A DNA stretch of 38,229 nucleotides from Octopus bimaculoides (lineage: Eukaryota): assembly GCF_001194135.2 (NCBI RefSeq), contig NC_068992.1:3589727-3627955 (forward strand). Direction: 5' to 3'. The notes below the pieces were generated by a model that ran no database searches, was not told the origin of the DNA, and saw only the letters and a list, made by a program, of their open reading frames with translations. The position numbers and the translations under genes are program-made. The stretch's first letter is position 1. The number at the start of each line of letters is the position of its first letter. Shown here one piece after another: positions 9,304 to 22,503 of the stretch.

Positions 9304-11090
9304 CTTACATGTATGTAAACATTAGTGTAGGTGTAAATTTGAGTTTTGTGTTTTCAATGGAAAATGTGGGGGAAAAGAACAGTGAGTGTGGTGGTGGTGG
9401 TAGTCACAGCGATCACCCTCCCACTTCTCTCTCTGTCTCACTCTTTAATCCCCTCCTCTCTCTCTCTCTGTGCTTGTTCCGTGAGAACAAGCTGTCTGGC
9501 GCGTTAGAAGTTGTAATTAAAAAGGCAGACAAGTTCGGTCGAGTTGCCGCATCTTTTCCCTGTCTCCACCTGCACACCGTCCGCGCTTAGCGATGGTGGT
9601 GCTGGTGCTACTATTACTAGTAAAGGTAGTAGTTGCTTACAAGGCGGAGGGGAAGGCGACTAGCAAGCGAAAAAAAGCGTGAGAGAGTAGAGAGTAGTGG
9701 GTAGAGGAAGAAATCAACTAAGATGATCGGGCACTTAATTTTTTTTCTTTTTCTTTTTCTATGGCAATCTTGGTCCAAAGTTCTCTACTGACCTTCAATA
9801 TCATTGTCATTATCTTAATACAATAATTAGAAAATAATAACTAAATCGTTTATTTATATTTGTTTACTGTTTTTCTTTCTCGTTAGTGTTGACAGGAAAA
9901 AAACTGTCGAGCAAGTTATAAAAAAAAATTACTGCTGATGCAATCCCTACCTACAAGACACAGGCAAAAATAACAATGTTACTGCTCTAATGTGGTCAGT
10001 TAATTTCACTCGGTCCGTTTTAACAACAGATCAAAGTGATTATTGTTATTATTATTATTACTAAAAAATTATTATTAGAGTGGCGCAATGGGCCAAGCGG
10101 ATAGTTCCCATTCCAAGTCAGGGAGTGTTTATGTACTCACTTGGTTTTACGTTTCGCCCGAAACTTGATATGAAAAATTTTTTTAAACAAATTTTTTTTT
10201 TTTAGTTTTCCATATGGAGGAGGAAAAAAAAAGATTCTTTACTCCCATTTTTTTTTTAAATTCAACCTTCCAGTTTTATTTTATTTCCTACTTGGATGGC
10301 GAAATCAGTGGGGAAAGATCAAATCCGTATGGAAAACCTCAAGCAGCAAAACACTTCGCAATACAAATCCACACACGTTCACTCGAACCACCACGCACCT
10401 ATCCACAACAAATCCACATTGGCTCACACTACAGAGGTGCCATAACCATCACAACCTCGCATCACTGAATGGCACTACTACGTTTGAGGTTGGTGTGCAA
10501 GTTGGTACTCATCAGACTGTACTTACATCCCAATCTCAAACCTTAGTTGTAGCTATTTTAGGTTGTATCCCTATCTTCCTTTCATGCCCATGTAGTATTA
10601 GTAGTAGTAGTGGGTAGTAGTAAAATCAGTCAGTAGCAGGAGCTATATAATAGCATTTTCCCTCTCAAAAATTTAGGGGTTTCGCTTTCTTTCTCTATCG
10701 TTCTTTCTATCTCTATATCTAGACACTTACCTTACATAAAGGTCATTCAAGGATGTCAAAGGTCTATATAATATAGAAACACACACGCACATCTCACACT
10801 AACTGTACGTGTGTGTGTGTGTAATTTAGTGTAATGAACAAGCTGTTTCAAGTTTGTGTCATTCACGGATAGACGTTGTAGCATCCCCTACAACTCCCCA
10901 CTCCACATCTTCTCTTTCTCTGCTGCTGCTGCATGTATTCTACGATCTGGGAGTTCGTCTCCTCTCAAAAATACATGCCTTTCTAGCCTTCACTCTCTCT
11001 CTCTCTCTCTCTCTCGCTCTCTCTCTGCCCTTCAATGTTTTCCTAGGTTTACAAAGCTGAGAATATGTCAGCAATGTCATGTTCACCCCC

Positions 11091-11126
<36 letters not shown>

Positions 11127-13560
11127 CCCTCCCTATCCATCTCTGTCTAATGTTGATGGGAAAAGTTCAATGAATTGAATAGGTTTCCTCATACTACTAC
11201 TACTACTACTACTACTACTATCTTTGGGAGATGAATGATTGCCACAGCGTTTAATTCTGCTTCCAACAAAGGGTATCTTTTTTTATCTGCTATATGATGT
11301 GTGAGCTTACACTTACACACATACACACTACATAAAACATGACAAAATTACACAATACACACACACACACACAGACACGCAAAAAATACATAAAATTATA
11401 CAGACGTGCATTATATCCACACACCCACACAAACATGCATATACAAATATCGTATAACCATAACAAGAAGAAAAGAATAAATATCCAAAACTGCATACAT
11501 CTGACATAAAAAAAGTAAAAGATATGTGATATATATACATATATATATATATGTATATACTTGCATATATTAATTATAATATTAATCTATTTTTTTTACT
11601 CTGAGAAAAGACGAAAAATTTGGATGAAATATTTTCACCGAAAATTGTTAAAAATGTGAAGAGAAAAATTAAAAAAAAACATATTGACCATTAAAATTAA
11701 ATTCATTTAAAGAATTTTTTCTTATATAACATGAATTTTTTTTCCCAATATTTATATTTTTTTAGTAATTTTTTTTTTCCTTTAAGCATTCCTTTGGTAA
11801 TATTCACTCAGAATTTTTTTCATCCCCCCCCCAATTCTGTTTAGTACTCTTTCTTTTCTAAACAAAATCAATGCAATTTTAATTAATTTTTCATATCTAT
11901 TATAATATATATGAAATATAAGTATTTATATGTACATTATAAGATATATACATATAATATGATCCCTTCACATTTTTCATCAATTTTCCCCTTCCAAACA
12001 ATCTTCACGTCTTGGAGGGATTTTTTTTTTTTTTTTTACAGAAAACGGTATTTCTACCAAAATGTATTCATTATAATATTCAGTTTGGACGTTGTTTTGC
12101 TTGCTATTTTATTTTTTCATAATTATTGAATTTGAATAATAATATAATATATATGTATATATATGTGTGTGCGTGTGTGTATTTATACATGTATATTATA
12201 TATAAAATATATATATCTTTTGTTGAACATTGTTATATATAAGGCTGATAATCACCACCACGATTACTATTATAAATTATCATTATTATCATTATTATCA
12301 TTATCATTACATTTATCAATATTATCAATCAATCAATCATTAAAAACATATTTATGAAACTATCCTCAATGCTGTCTGAGCTATATACCATCTTTTAATT
12401 TATTTACTTAGACTAAATTCATTATACACCATCTATCAACATAATTAATTATATATATAAAATAAAATTAATTAGAACCTTAATTAGAACCTGATTACTT
12501 CGATCAATTGCGATTTTCGGTGCTATTCTTACACGCGTCGACATTGTTTAGCAAAGACCAATATGTCTGTGTCTGAGTTAGTTACCGGTTCGTTTTCCCG
12601 ATTGATTCCAGCCAATTCATATATATACACACAAGTACCAGTAATATCCAGAGTCGATTCTATTGGCTTATAATAGCCATACTACTCTCCTTGTGTCTGT
12701 CTAGTCAGAAAGAAATTAATGCATAATGATAATATTGATAATGTATTTTTTCACATTTTTTCAAAAAAAGAAAAACCCTACATAAATGATGTTGATATTT
12801 TGAATTTGAATTTTGTGGCAGTTTAAAAATTCATAAACCATCATCATCATAATCATTATCATTATTATCACAGTTATCATTGTTATCGTTATCATCATCA
12901 TCATAACCATCACTACAATCGCCATCCACAAATTAACATCAATATAATTGTTATTGTTGTTATTATTTCCTCCCTTTCTAAAAGATATTCACCTATTTAA
13001 ATTCCATTAATATACGTACCTTGCTTATTATCCAAATACACCGCACTCTCTTCAAGATGCAGTCACTTAAAATTGCATTATTATTATTATTATTATTTAT
13101 TAATTACTAATTAACATTACAATGCTGAACGCCGTGGTGCTTCGGTGAAATCTTTACAGACTGAGTTACAGCCCCGGTTTCGTTCTCCAGTTCAAAAAAG
13201 ACGAGTTACGTCGCTTAAATACTCGAGAGTTAAAAGCGTGAATGTATCGGCCTACACCTGAACACTTTAGGCGCCAAGCTAATGTAAGAATGTATTAGAT
13301 CAACATATTATTATTAATATTATTATTATTATTATGACCATTCATTTCGTCAATTTTCTGGGAAGTTTGATCATAAAATTCTATTTTTCTCTCTCAAGAA
13401 CAAGCAAAAATTGTATGAACGCTTTTCGCTACATTTTTTTTAAACGTTATATCGTCTGTCTTTTTTATAAGTCAAAATCTGCGCTAGTAAAAAGTCCTTC
13501 CCAACTTTATTGAACAGCAATATACATACACATAACATTAATTAACATAACTTATATTAC

Positions 13561-13620
<60 letters not shown>

Positions 13621-16600
13621 ATGTATATGTATATCGTGATGAAGAGGTTAGTTATCGCAAAAGTTGGTTTCAGTAAGATGAGCAGAGATGGGGAGAATTT
13701 ATAATATATAGTCTAGGTAATTTTTCCGAATTAAAGAACTGATGCAGCAGAGGTTTTGGCAGTGAACTTGTGAATTCCATTAATTCTGTCTGCACCTTTT
13801 CTGTTGACTGACTGATATCGTTTGACGGTCACATTTTGACTTGGAAGTCAACTAAAATTTGACGGCTGCTTTTGCCTTGTAGGTCAATAATTGTGACAAT
13901 CAACCTGAATTTTTAAGGTTTTCTATTGACATTTCAACTTATATACTTATGTTAAATCTCTTTTTTTCCCCCCCTGCGGGAGTCGGATATTTCGCCGGTG
14001 CTTCTTAGGAACTTATAGTTTGTAGTTTGGGATGGAATTTAAAAACAATTTCTTGGGATCAGACAGTTTTTATTTATTTATTTTTTATTCATGGGTTAGG
14101 GTTGGGCTTGGAAATATGGGTTTCCTTGTGGATCATCAAATACTTCCTCTTCGTCTTTGTTGAAGGGCTTGCGATCCCTCACCCCTATGTTTTTGTTCTT
14201 TTTGATATGAGGATATAGAACTACAAACGTTCTGGATTGTATATTTATCAATATATATTTTTATAGAATCTTCTTATTTGTACAAATTATACCTCACTGC
14301 CTTCTGTTATTTAGGTCCTCACCCTCTCTGTTGGCTTTTCAGACTCGTACAATGGTTTCATACCAACCGTTTTTTTACCTTTTGAAGAGCGAGAAGGAAG
14401 AGGAGAGAAAAAGAGAAGGGGGTGAACCCCTAAAGAGCTCAACCATTCAAAGCAAAAGAACACAACTTAGTGTGAGAATGAGATTTTATATATTATACGA
14501 ATTCGTTTACGTTGGAAGTTATTCAATTAAACTCAATATTGGTTCAACAATTTAGCTTTAAATATTTAAAAAACTTTTTCAAAAGCCGATATCAATATCC
14601 CTCTCTCCGTGTTCCGCGCACGGATGAGCTATTTTAATAGTGATATTTGGCCTCAGAAGGCGGAAAAATAACAACAAGCATTAATAAAGAAACAAAACCG
14701 TTATATATATATATTGAGTATTCAGTAACGAAGGGAGATAATTTCGGAGTTTTGTGTAGGAGGAGTGGGTGTATGGAACCCCTTCAAGATCACAAGTGCA
14801 GTTAATGCTGTAAATGCAGCTGGCTCCTATCTTACACTATGTTCTTGACAACAGTGAGTGTGCGCATCTGCCTGCTTTGAAGGTCTATGTGTGTGTTTGT
14901 GTGAGAGTATCACATCTGTTTCTCTTTCAAAGAGAAAGTGTTACACGTATTTCTTACATATACATAGTTATATTTCTGTTGCTAAACGCTTCCATTTCAT
15001 TGGAAGCAGCTACTGAGCTCTCTATTTGATTATTGTATTCTCAAGCCTCTAATCTGTAGGATTCAGGTTTTAGTCAAGCGAATTACTTAGTGAGAGAAAT
15101 AAAAAAAAAAAAGGCCAAAAAGAAAACACACCTTTGCTAACTGAGATTAGATTAACAGATTTAGTTTGTGTGTTTCGGTGCGGTTTTTATCTAGTTTATT
15201 ACAATCAAGCAAATAACCACTCTTCGTTCGGCTTAATTATATAATGAATTCACGGCAATGATTACTGGCTGATAGAATTTTCAATGGGAAGGAGGGATTA
15301 AGATGAATCCTTTGGGATAAGTTCGATTATAGTAAATACAAGCTGTTTTACTGCTGATCATTGTCACAGTTTTTTCACTGGTCAGAGACTAACTCAAGTT
15401 AACTAACTTTCCTCGTCTAGTTTAGCTACTTCATTTTCACCATGGATCAACATTTTGCAGAGATCTTTCATAGAACCAGCCAACTGCTGAAGTCTTTCCG
15501 TTCTGCATCGTCCCCTTTAAGCTTTGACAATCTTCACATAATTCCAGATTTTGGCGGCTTCTCGAAAATTGTATCGAGAATTATTAAGTTAAATAAATTT
15601 AGAAAGAAAAAAATACTGGGCTTTTTAAAGACTGATTGAGATTGATGAATGTTCCAATGTTAGTTTGGTGCTAGTTCTGAACACTCGGACAGACCTTTGG
15701 AACTGTCACTTCACATGTCAGACACTTTGTTGGTGACGTATCACAGAATTTTACGCACATTTTCGGCCTAAAACATTTGTCCTTTTTGACAAAAATTAAA
15801 TTAAAACAAAAAAGCTTGACAGCTAAAATTTTCTGTCCGTAATTAACAAAAGTTCCGCCTTACATTCTGATATCATTCCACCGCCATTTTCTTTTTTTTT
15901 TTACCATTCTTTTCTAAATCTAATAAACATTTCCAATGCTGCTTCAATGCTCCAAATTTTCTTATGTCGCAGCAATATTGTCATTATTACTATTATTATC
16001 AATCTTTTTTTTGTTCTTATGCTAATCTGACAGTTTTGTATGTCAGTGTTACATTCGTGTCCAACATATTATATAAAATGTAATACGTTTTTTTTTTAGA
16101 TCATTAATTCTTGCTCACTTGTCCTTTTGATTCTTGTTTCATTCAAGATTAAATAAGAGGCTTTGTCTTATATTTTCATTACTACACAGATATTTCACCT
16201 TGTCCCTCTCTCCCTCTCTCTCTCTTTCTCTCTCCAGTTCATGAAATTCGTGAAAAAAAAAAAAGGAGAGGAAAATTATATATAAAAAAAATAACAACAT
16301 AATTATATTGAATTCATTGTAAAATTGGGACCAATGCATCCTGTTGTGTAAATAATGAGTGAATGGGCAAATTTGTCATTTAAATTATTATTTGAGAGTA
16401 TATGCATATGTATGTGCTCTTATGTATCATATATATATATATNNNNNNNNNNNNNNNNNNNNNNNNNNNNNNNNNNNNNNNNNNNNNNNNNNNNNNNNNN
16501 NNNNNNNNNNNNNNNNNNNNNNNNNNNNNNNNNNNNNNNNNNNNNNNNNNNNNNNNNNNNNNNNNNNNNNNNNNNNNNNNNNNNNNNNNNNNNNNNNNNN

Positions 16601-16996
16601 NNNNNNNNNNNNNNNNNNNNNNNNNNNNNNNNNNNNNNNNNNNNNNNNNNNNNNNNNNNNNNNNNNNNNNNNNNNNNNNNNNNNNNNNNNNNNNNNNNNN
16701 NNNNNNNNNNNNNNNNNNNNNNNNNNNNNNNNNNNNNNNNNNNNNNNNNNNNNNNNNNNNNNNNNNNNNNNNNNNNNNNNNNNNNNNNNNNNNNNNNNNN
16801 NNNNNNNNNNNNNNNNNNNNNNNNNNNNNNNNNNNNNNNNNNNNNNNNNNNNNNNNNNNNNNNNNNNNNNNNNNNNNNNNNNNNNNNNNNNNNNNNNNNN
16901 NNNNNNNNNNNNNNNNNNNNNNNNNNNNNNNNNNNNNNNNNNNNNNNNNNNNNNNNNNNNNNNNNNNNNNNNNNNNNNNNNNNNNNNNNNNNNNNN

Positions 16997-17066
<70 letters not shown>

Positions 17067-17619
17067 CACACAATTAGTCACAAGTAACAAGCACTGAAGT
17101 TGGTATGAAAGCAGTGATAAAAGATGTCATCACAGCTCGCGGTTGTAAAATAGCCTTGTTTTATTATTATTATTATTATTATCATTATTATTATTATTAT
17201 TATTACATTGTTCTTGTACTGTTGTTTTTACAAGACAATTTGTATGTTATTTACGTTGAACTCAACTCCATATGAAATTACATATTTAAAATTATGCTTT
17301 CATGAATGCTCAATATTCTTTTCTCCATTGGCTACTACAGAACTAGTCTATCGTCTCAATATGAGCCTGCCTTGTGTGTGTGTGTGTGTGTGTGGCTGTG
17401 TAGACATGCTTCTAGACATCAACCTTTATAAGTCCTTCTTTCTTTACATTTATATTTCAACCATTATTTGATGTAGTTGTAGTAATAGTAGTAGTAGAAT
17501 CAGCAGAAACTATAAGTATGTGTGTGTGTATGTATATATATATATATATATATGTATATACATGTATATGTGTGTGTGCGTAGAGCTAAGTAAATGCACT
17601 TCAACATGAGAAGGCAGTT

Positions 17620-17840
17620 AGCGCACCAATTGCCATATATAGTAAGAGTTATCATTCTGGCGCGAAGATACTCATTGGCTGTGTGCAATGGCCGCGTCTG
17701 CTGCTGCTGCTGTTACCATTGCTGATAATGATGATTGCCAGTGTGCTGTGGTTGCCTAGCAACTGCTGATATATCGATTTTTCGGCTTCCTCGTGACTCC
17801 GGTTTAGGGTTGGAAAGGGGCTTCTGCAGACATGGCGCGC
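17620..17840. promoter_or_regulatory. CpG-rich promoter-like segment with E2F-like, NF-Y (CCAAT) and YY1-like motifs
   Basis: TGGCGCGAA at 17658-17666, CTCATTGGCTG (AGCCAATGAG on the minus strand) at 17671-17681, AATGGCCGC at ~17687-17695, a second CCAAT at ~17629 and ACATGGCG at ~17830. CpG density is locally high. Motif match only. Confidence 0.4.
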
Positions 17841-19537
17841 ACACACACACACAGTTACTACGCATCCACACACACAGTTTTATAGATTCTATTATTTATT
17901 ACTTACATGTCGATATAGAGATAGCATGTTTGGTAGTGAGCGGTCTCTGTTCGCGTGTGTGTATGAGTGTTGTGTTGTGTCAATGGTAGTTAGTCATAGC
18001 GGTGATGAAGCTGTAAGATGCGGGAAGTAGCTACATCTTTCCTTCACTCCCACATAATAAAACTCCACATGGCATATTTTTCGCTTTCATGTTTAAAAAA
18101 AAAATGTAATACTATATTACGTCTAAACCTAAAGAGAAAAATAACTGAAATTCTAGGATTAGGAAATTAGTGTCTTCGCATTTCTTCATAGACATACATA
18201 CATACATACATACATACATCATCTGTTCTATTATTGGGTCTCTGCTAAGGCCGTTCCCGAAATATTACTACAAAATAGGGTTATTTTATTTATCGTCATC
18301 GTAAGAATGAATTCTTATCGCTGTTTTATAAAATTGAGTAGTGATAGAAAAAAAGAAAGATAATTTTAAGAATGTATGTTATAGAGAGTCTGACATAGAA
18401 AATGCGCAAAGGTTTCTAGACAGAATGTGTAGTAGTGATGGGGGAAGGGTTAGAGACATAATGCAATTATTTAATCAGACACTCAAGCGCGCGCGCACAC
18501 CGCACACGCACTATTTCCCCACTTTTCCCCCCCATTTCATACACGGTTTGTCTCACAATTTATGAGTCAGCTGTGTTCTAAATTTTTCCTTGTTATGAAA
18601 GAGTCTTATGTGAGTGTATGCATATGTTTATATATAAACATATAAGTGTATGTGTAGACATACCCGCTCTTTCCACCCCTGAAAAGTTAGGTTTTAGAAT
18701 GAAATTTTTCCTCTATCTCTCCCATTTGGTTTTTATTTCTTATGAAAATAGTAGTAGTAGCAATAATAATAATAATGATAATAATAATAATAGAAATGCG
18801 TCGGCCCTATTTCAAAAATCCCTGGTATAAACTAAACCAAACAAACTCTTTATTTATTTTTATTTTACCCAATTTAAAAAATTTTTTTTTCATTTTTTAT
18901 ATTCNNNNNNNNNNTTTTTTTTTTTTTTTTTTTTTTTTTTTTGCAAGCTTATATTGTACATATAATGAATGAGGAGAAAAAAAACTCGTGAAAGAAAATG
19001 AAGAACATATTAATAAGGGGGAAAAAACCGTCTTTTTTTTCATATTTTCCCTTCGCCTTCTTAAATTATTGTTCATGGAATGTGACTGCATTTGTTGCAA
19101 ATGATAATGATACCTGTATATATATAAGTATATATACATTCAACGTGTGTATATATATATTATGTATATCATATGGAATGTATGAAGTATGTTTGATGAA
19201 ATGAAAGAATCATGGAAACTATGCACTTTCAATGCAATATATCTCGTGGTGACCCCTCGAGTTTCTGTACAAGACTGAAAAATATAACAAAAAAAAAATC
19301 TACAAAAAGATAACATTAAATAAAATTGTTGAAACTTGAAATTATTTTGTTGAATTCGTTATTTTTCTCTTATCTTCTTGTTTATTTTGATTTGTAATAA
19401 ATTCGTCGACATTGGCAATCATTGGAGCTTTATAACATAGCTGAGACTGAAAACCAACTTTTGATTACTTAACTCCTGTAAGAACGCATCAGGATATTAT
19501 ATTAACTGCATTACTATTTGCTTACACAAAAAAACGT

Positions 19538-19564
<27 letters not shown>

Positions 19565-19581
<17 letters not shown>

Positions 19582-19942
19582 GTACTCTGTCGGTTACGAA
19601 GTCGAGTGTTCCAGTTGATCCGATCAACGGAACAGCCTGCTCGTGAAATTAACATGCAAATGGCTGATCACTCCACAGATACGTGTACCCTTAACGTAGT
19701 TCTTGGGAAGATTCAGCGTGACACGGAGTATGACAAGGCTGGCCCTTTGAAATACAAGTACAACAGAAACAGGAGGAAAGAGTTAGAGAAAGTTGTGGTG
19801 AAAGAATACAGCATGGTTCGCCACCATCCCCTGCCGGAACCTCGTGGAGCTTTAGGTGTTCTTGCTCAATAAACACAGCACCCGGTCTGGGAATCGAAAC
19901 CGCGAGTTCGCTGTCTTAACTACTGGACCATTGCGCCTCCAC
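19565..19942 (-). mobile_element. tRNA-derived SINE family C, near full-length
   Basis: The minus-strand head gtggaggcgcaatggtccagtagttaagacagc...ggtttcgattccc has A/B boxes. The 3' end is homologous to 2505-2555. Confidence 0.75.
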
Positions 19943-20560
19943 CTATACATATACATACATATTCAAAGTATACATACAGTATGTACAATTCAAAGTTCTG
20001 TCTCATTTACAAAGTGTCGTCAAATACTATTTTTAGAGAAAGGAACGATAGCATTACAGATTGAGAAGCAGCTCAACATTATGGATTAAATAATCTAAAG
20101 TGCTTCAGACAGTAAATTGTTGATAAAGGTAAATTTATTCTAGTAAGACAAAAATTAAAAGGGGCAGATACCTCTTTTTCTGGCATTCAAATCAAAATTT
20201 TTACAGGCAAAAAATGTAGGTTGACTTATACACCGAAACGACTTTGTAAAATGTAAAATGCAGTAAGAATTGGACAAAATAGCCACCAGTCATAGCAAGT
20301 TGTCTTCGCGGTTATAATCTCTAGTCATCTACAAATATTGTAAATATCGATAATAGCAAAATCTTCAGGTGTGTATAAGGAAAGTAGGAATGGCTACAGT
20401 GATGTTCATAGCTTTCCCAAAGAAAGGCTAAAAACATCTATGCTATTAATCTTTTGAATAAAGATTAGAAGCATTAATCCTTTTTGAAAGGATTAGAAAC
20501 ATTGACGTGAAAATCTGGAAATCATTACCTTGTCGCAGACGCTATTCAATGGACTTGTGA

Positions 20561-20764
20561 CGAGAGGCGGCGAGCTGGCAGATTCGTTAGCACGCCGGGC
20601 GAAATGCTTAGCGGTATTTCGTCTGCCGCTACGTTCTGAGTTCAAATTCCACCGAGGTCGACTTTATCTTTCATCCTATTAAGTACCAGTTGCGTATTGG
20701 AGTCGATCTAATCGACTGCCCCCCCTCCCCCAAAATTTCGGGCCCTATGCCTAGAGTGGAAAAG
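20561..20764 (+). mobile_element. SINE family A, full length, with 13-bp target-site duplication
   Basis: A-box-like GGCGAGCTGGCAGA and B-box GAGTTCAAATTCC. An identical AATGGACTTGTGA lies at 20548-20560 and 20765-20777. Confidence 0.9.
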
Positions 20765-21189
20765 AATGGACTTGTGATGAAGATTACACCGAGAAAATGA
20801 ATAAAGTAAGTTAAGAGAAAGCAGCATCATAAAGGTTGCAGAAACCACAGCGAAGTATAGTGATGATTAAATAACTTCAGAGATTGATCTGAAGATGAAC
20901 CAAAATGATCAAGTACCTATTAACAGCCAGATGGACTGGGGAAGTGTTCTATTCAGGAACAAATTAAAACGTGAACAAAAGCAATTCGAACTCATAGCAA
21001 TTTGCTAACCAGCAAGGGGATCTCTATGTTATCGCCCAATCTGCTAAAAAAAAAGTAGATAAATTTATTCCACTTAAAGAAAATGAAACGGCCTCAGTTG
21101 ATCTGAACAACAACTAGGTAAGTCAAGCTGAATATGAATTATGAATTTAAGATTTGGTAGAATAATTTGAAAATTCACTTCTATATTTA

Positions 21190-21270
21190 AGAGATGAGGA
21201 ATTATGTACATGATTTACAATTGACGGATATTTGTCCTCATCTTGTTTATTGTTAATACAACGTTTTTAA
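21190..21270 (-). mobile_element. Penelope-like terminal fragment (same family as 2330-2468), truncated at the hammerhead core
   Basis: ttgacggatatttgtcctcatcttgtttattgttaatacaacgttt is the reverse complement of ~2410-2460. Confidence 0.65.
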
Positions 21271-21349
21271 TAATAATGTAAATAATCTGAAAATGGTTGA
21301 AGATTAAAAGAGAGTAAAAACTGACATTACTTATGAGCTGTTTAATAAT

Positions 21350-21567
21350 AGTTTCAAATTCTGACCCAAGGCCAGCAATTATAAGGAAGCGGGCAAGTCG
21401 ACAACATCGACCTCAGTACGCAACTAGTACTTACTTTATCGACGCCGAAAGGATGAAAGGCAAAGTGGTTGTTGGCACAATTTAAAATCAGAAGGTAAAA
21501 GAGCCGGAAGAAAATGCTGTTGAGCATTTTGTCCGACGCGCTTACAAGTCAGCCATCTCGTCGCTTT
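21350..21567 (-). mobile_element. SINE family A, older diverged copy
   Basis: caaggccagcaatt...tagtacttactttatcgac.ccgaaaggatgaaaggcaaagt is homologous to the other family A copies. Confidence 0.75.
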
Positions 21568-22256
21568 GAGATGTTTGATCATAAATTCGTATCGCAGACA
21601 GTTTTGATGGTTTATTATTTACGAGAAGAATATTTGAAATATTCAGAAGATTAACAGTCTGGTTGCGATCTGATTGACTCTAATATTTTGTTTCGACGAG
21701 AATCTAGAATGCCAACAGATTTTAATGATGAGAATCAAGAATGCCAACACATTCCTAACGATCGGACAGTTCGTGGATCGTATCCTTCTTAAGATGTAAG
21801 AGTGGCTGTACCCGTAGTGAAACCGTAATTAGGCCAGAGTAGACGATGAAATTCGCTACTGCATAACTGGTTAACATTTTATTAGCTTGCAATCCAAATC
21901 TTCTTAGGGATGTGACTTGAAAAAGAGAGGATTCTTGCTGGGTTGTTTGACGGAAAATTAATTATCTTCAGACAATCAAACTGGTCCATATGAACTCAAC
22001 TCTAATAAATGTTGTCATTCAAAATAATCAAATGAAGTAATGTGAAGAGCTATGAGCAGCAAAATGCAAAGCAAGGCTTCATTGCAGACATCCAAATACT
22101 AAAAACGCGAAATGAAAATTTTCCTTTGTCCTTGTCTTGGTTTATTCTAAAGCCTTTCATAACCCGCTGCTGTATCTTTTGATGCCAAGCTGCCTGAGAC
22201 CGTCCCTAGTTCTGTGATATAAACTTGCTTAAAAAAAAAAAAATAAAGAGAAAAAA

Positions 22257-22503
22257 GTAAAGTTCCTTCTCGAGTCACAGACTCATAAGGCAGGTTTCCT
22301 GGCTTCCATGGTGTAAAGATTTCCCACCTGGATAGGACGCCAGTCCGTCGCAGGATTACTCATTTTTGCCAGCTGAGTGGACTGGAATCATGTGAAACGA
22401 AGTGTTTTGCTCAAGAACACAATGCATCACCCAGTCCAGGAATCGAAACCACAATCTTACGATTATGAGCCCAACACTCCTAACCACTAAGCCACGCGCT
22501 TCC
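22257..22503 (-). mobile_element. tRNA-derived SINE family D
   Basis: Minus-strand head gggaagcgcgtggcttagtggttaggagtgttgg...gtggtttcgattcctggac has A/B boxes. The tgttttgctcaagaacacaa motif is shared with families C and with 32190-32280. Confidence 0.75.

Noticed and set aside
10449-10500. Hairpin with an AATGGCACT (miR-183/263-like seed) in the loop and let-7-like GAGGTT arms
   Set aside because: The stem is only ~9 bp with a ~29-nt loop, the seed is in the loop, and the rest does not match the mature miRNA as I recall it.
13191-13283. Plus-strand segment with a good acceptor and GTAAG donor (similar case at 14760-14853)
   Set aside because: All three frames contain stops, so it is not an internal coding exon; a noncoding exon cannot be supported without reads.
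15220-15760. Partial matches to miR-375 (ttcgttcggct, ~15223) and the miR-2 seed (tatcacag, ~15739)
   Set aside because: The matches are short and there is no complementary arm for a pre-miRNA fold.
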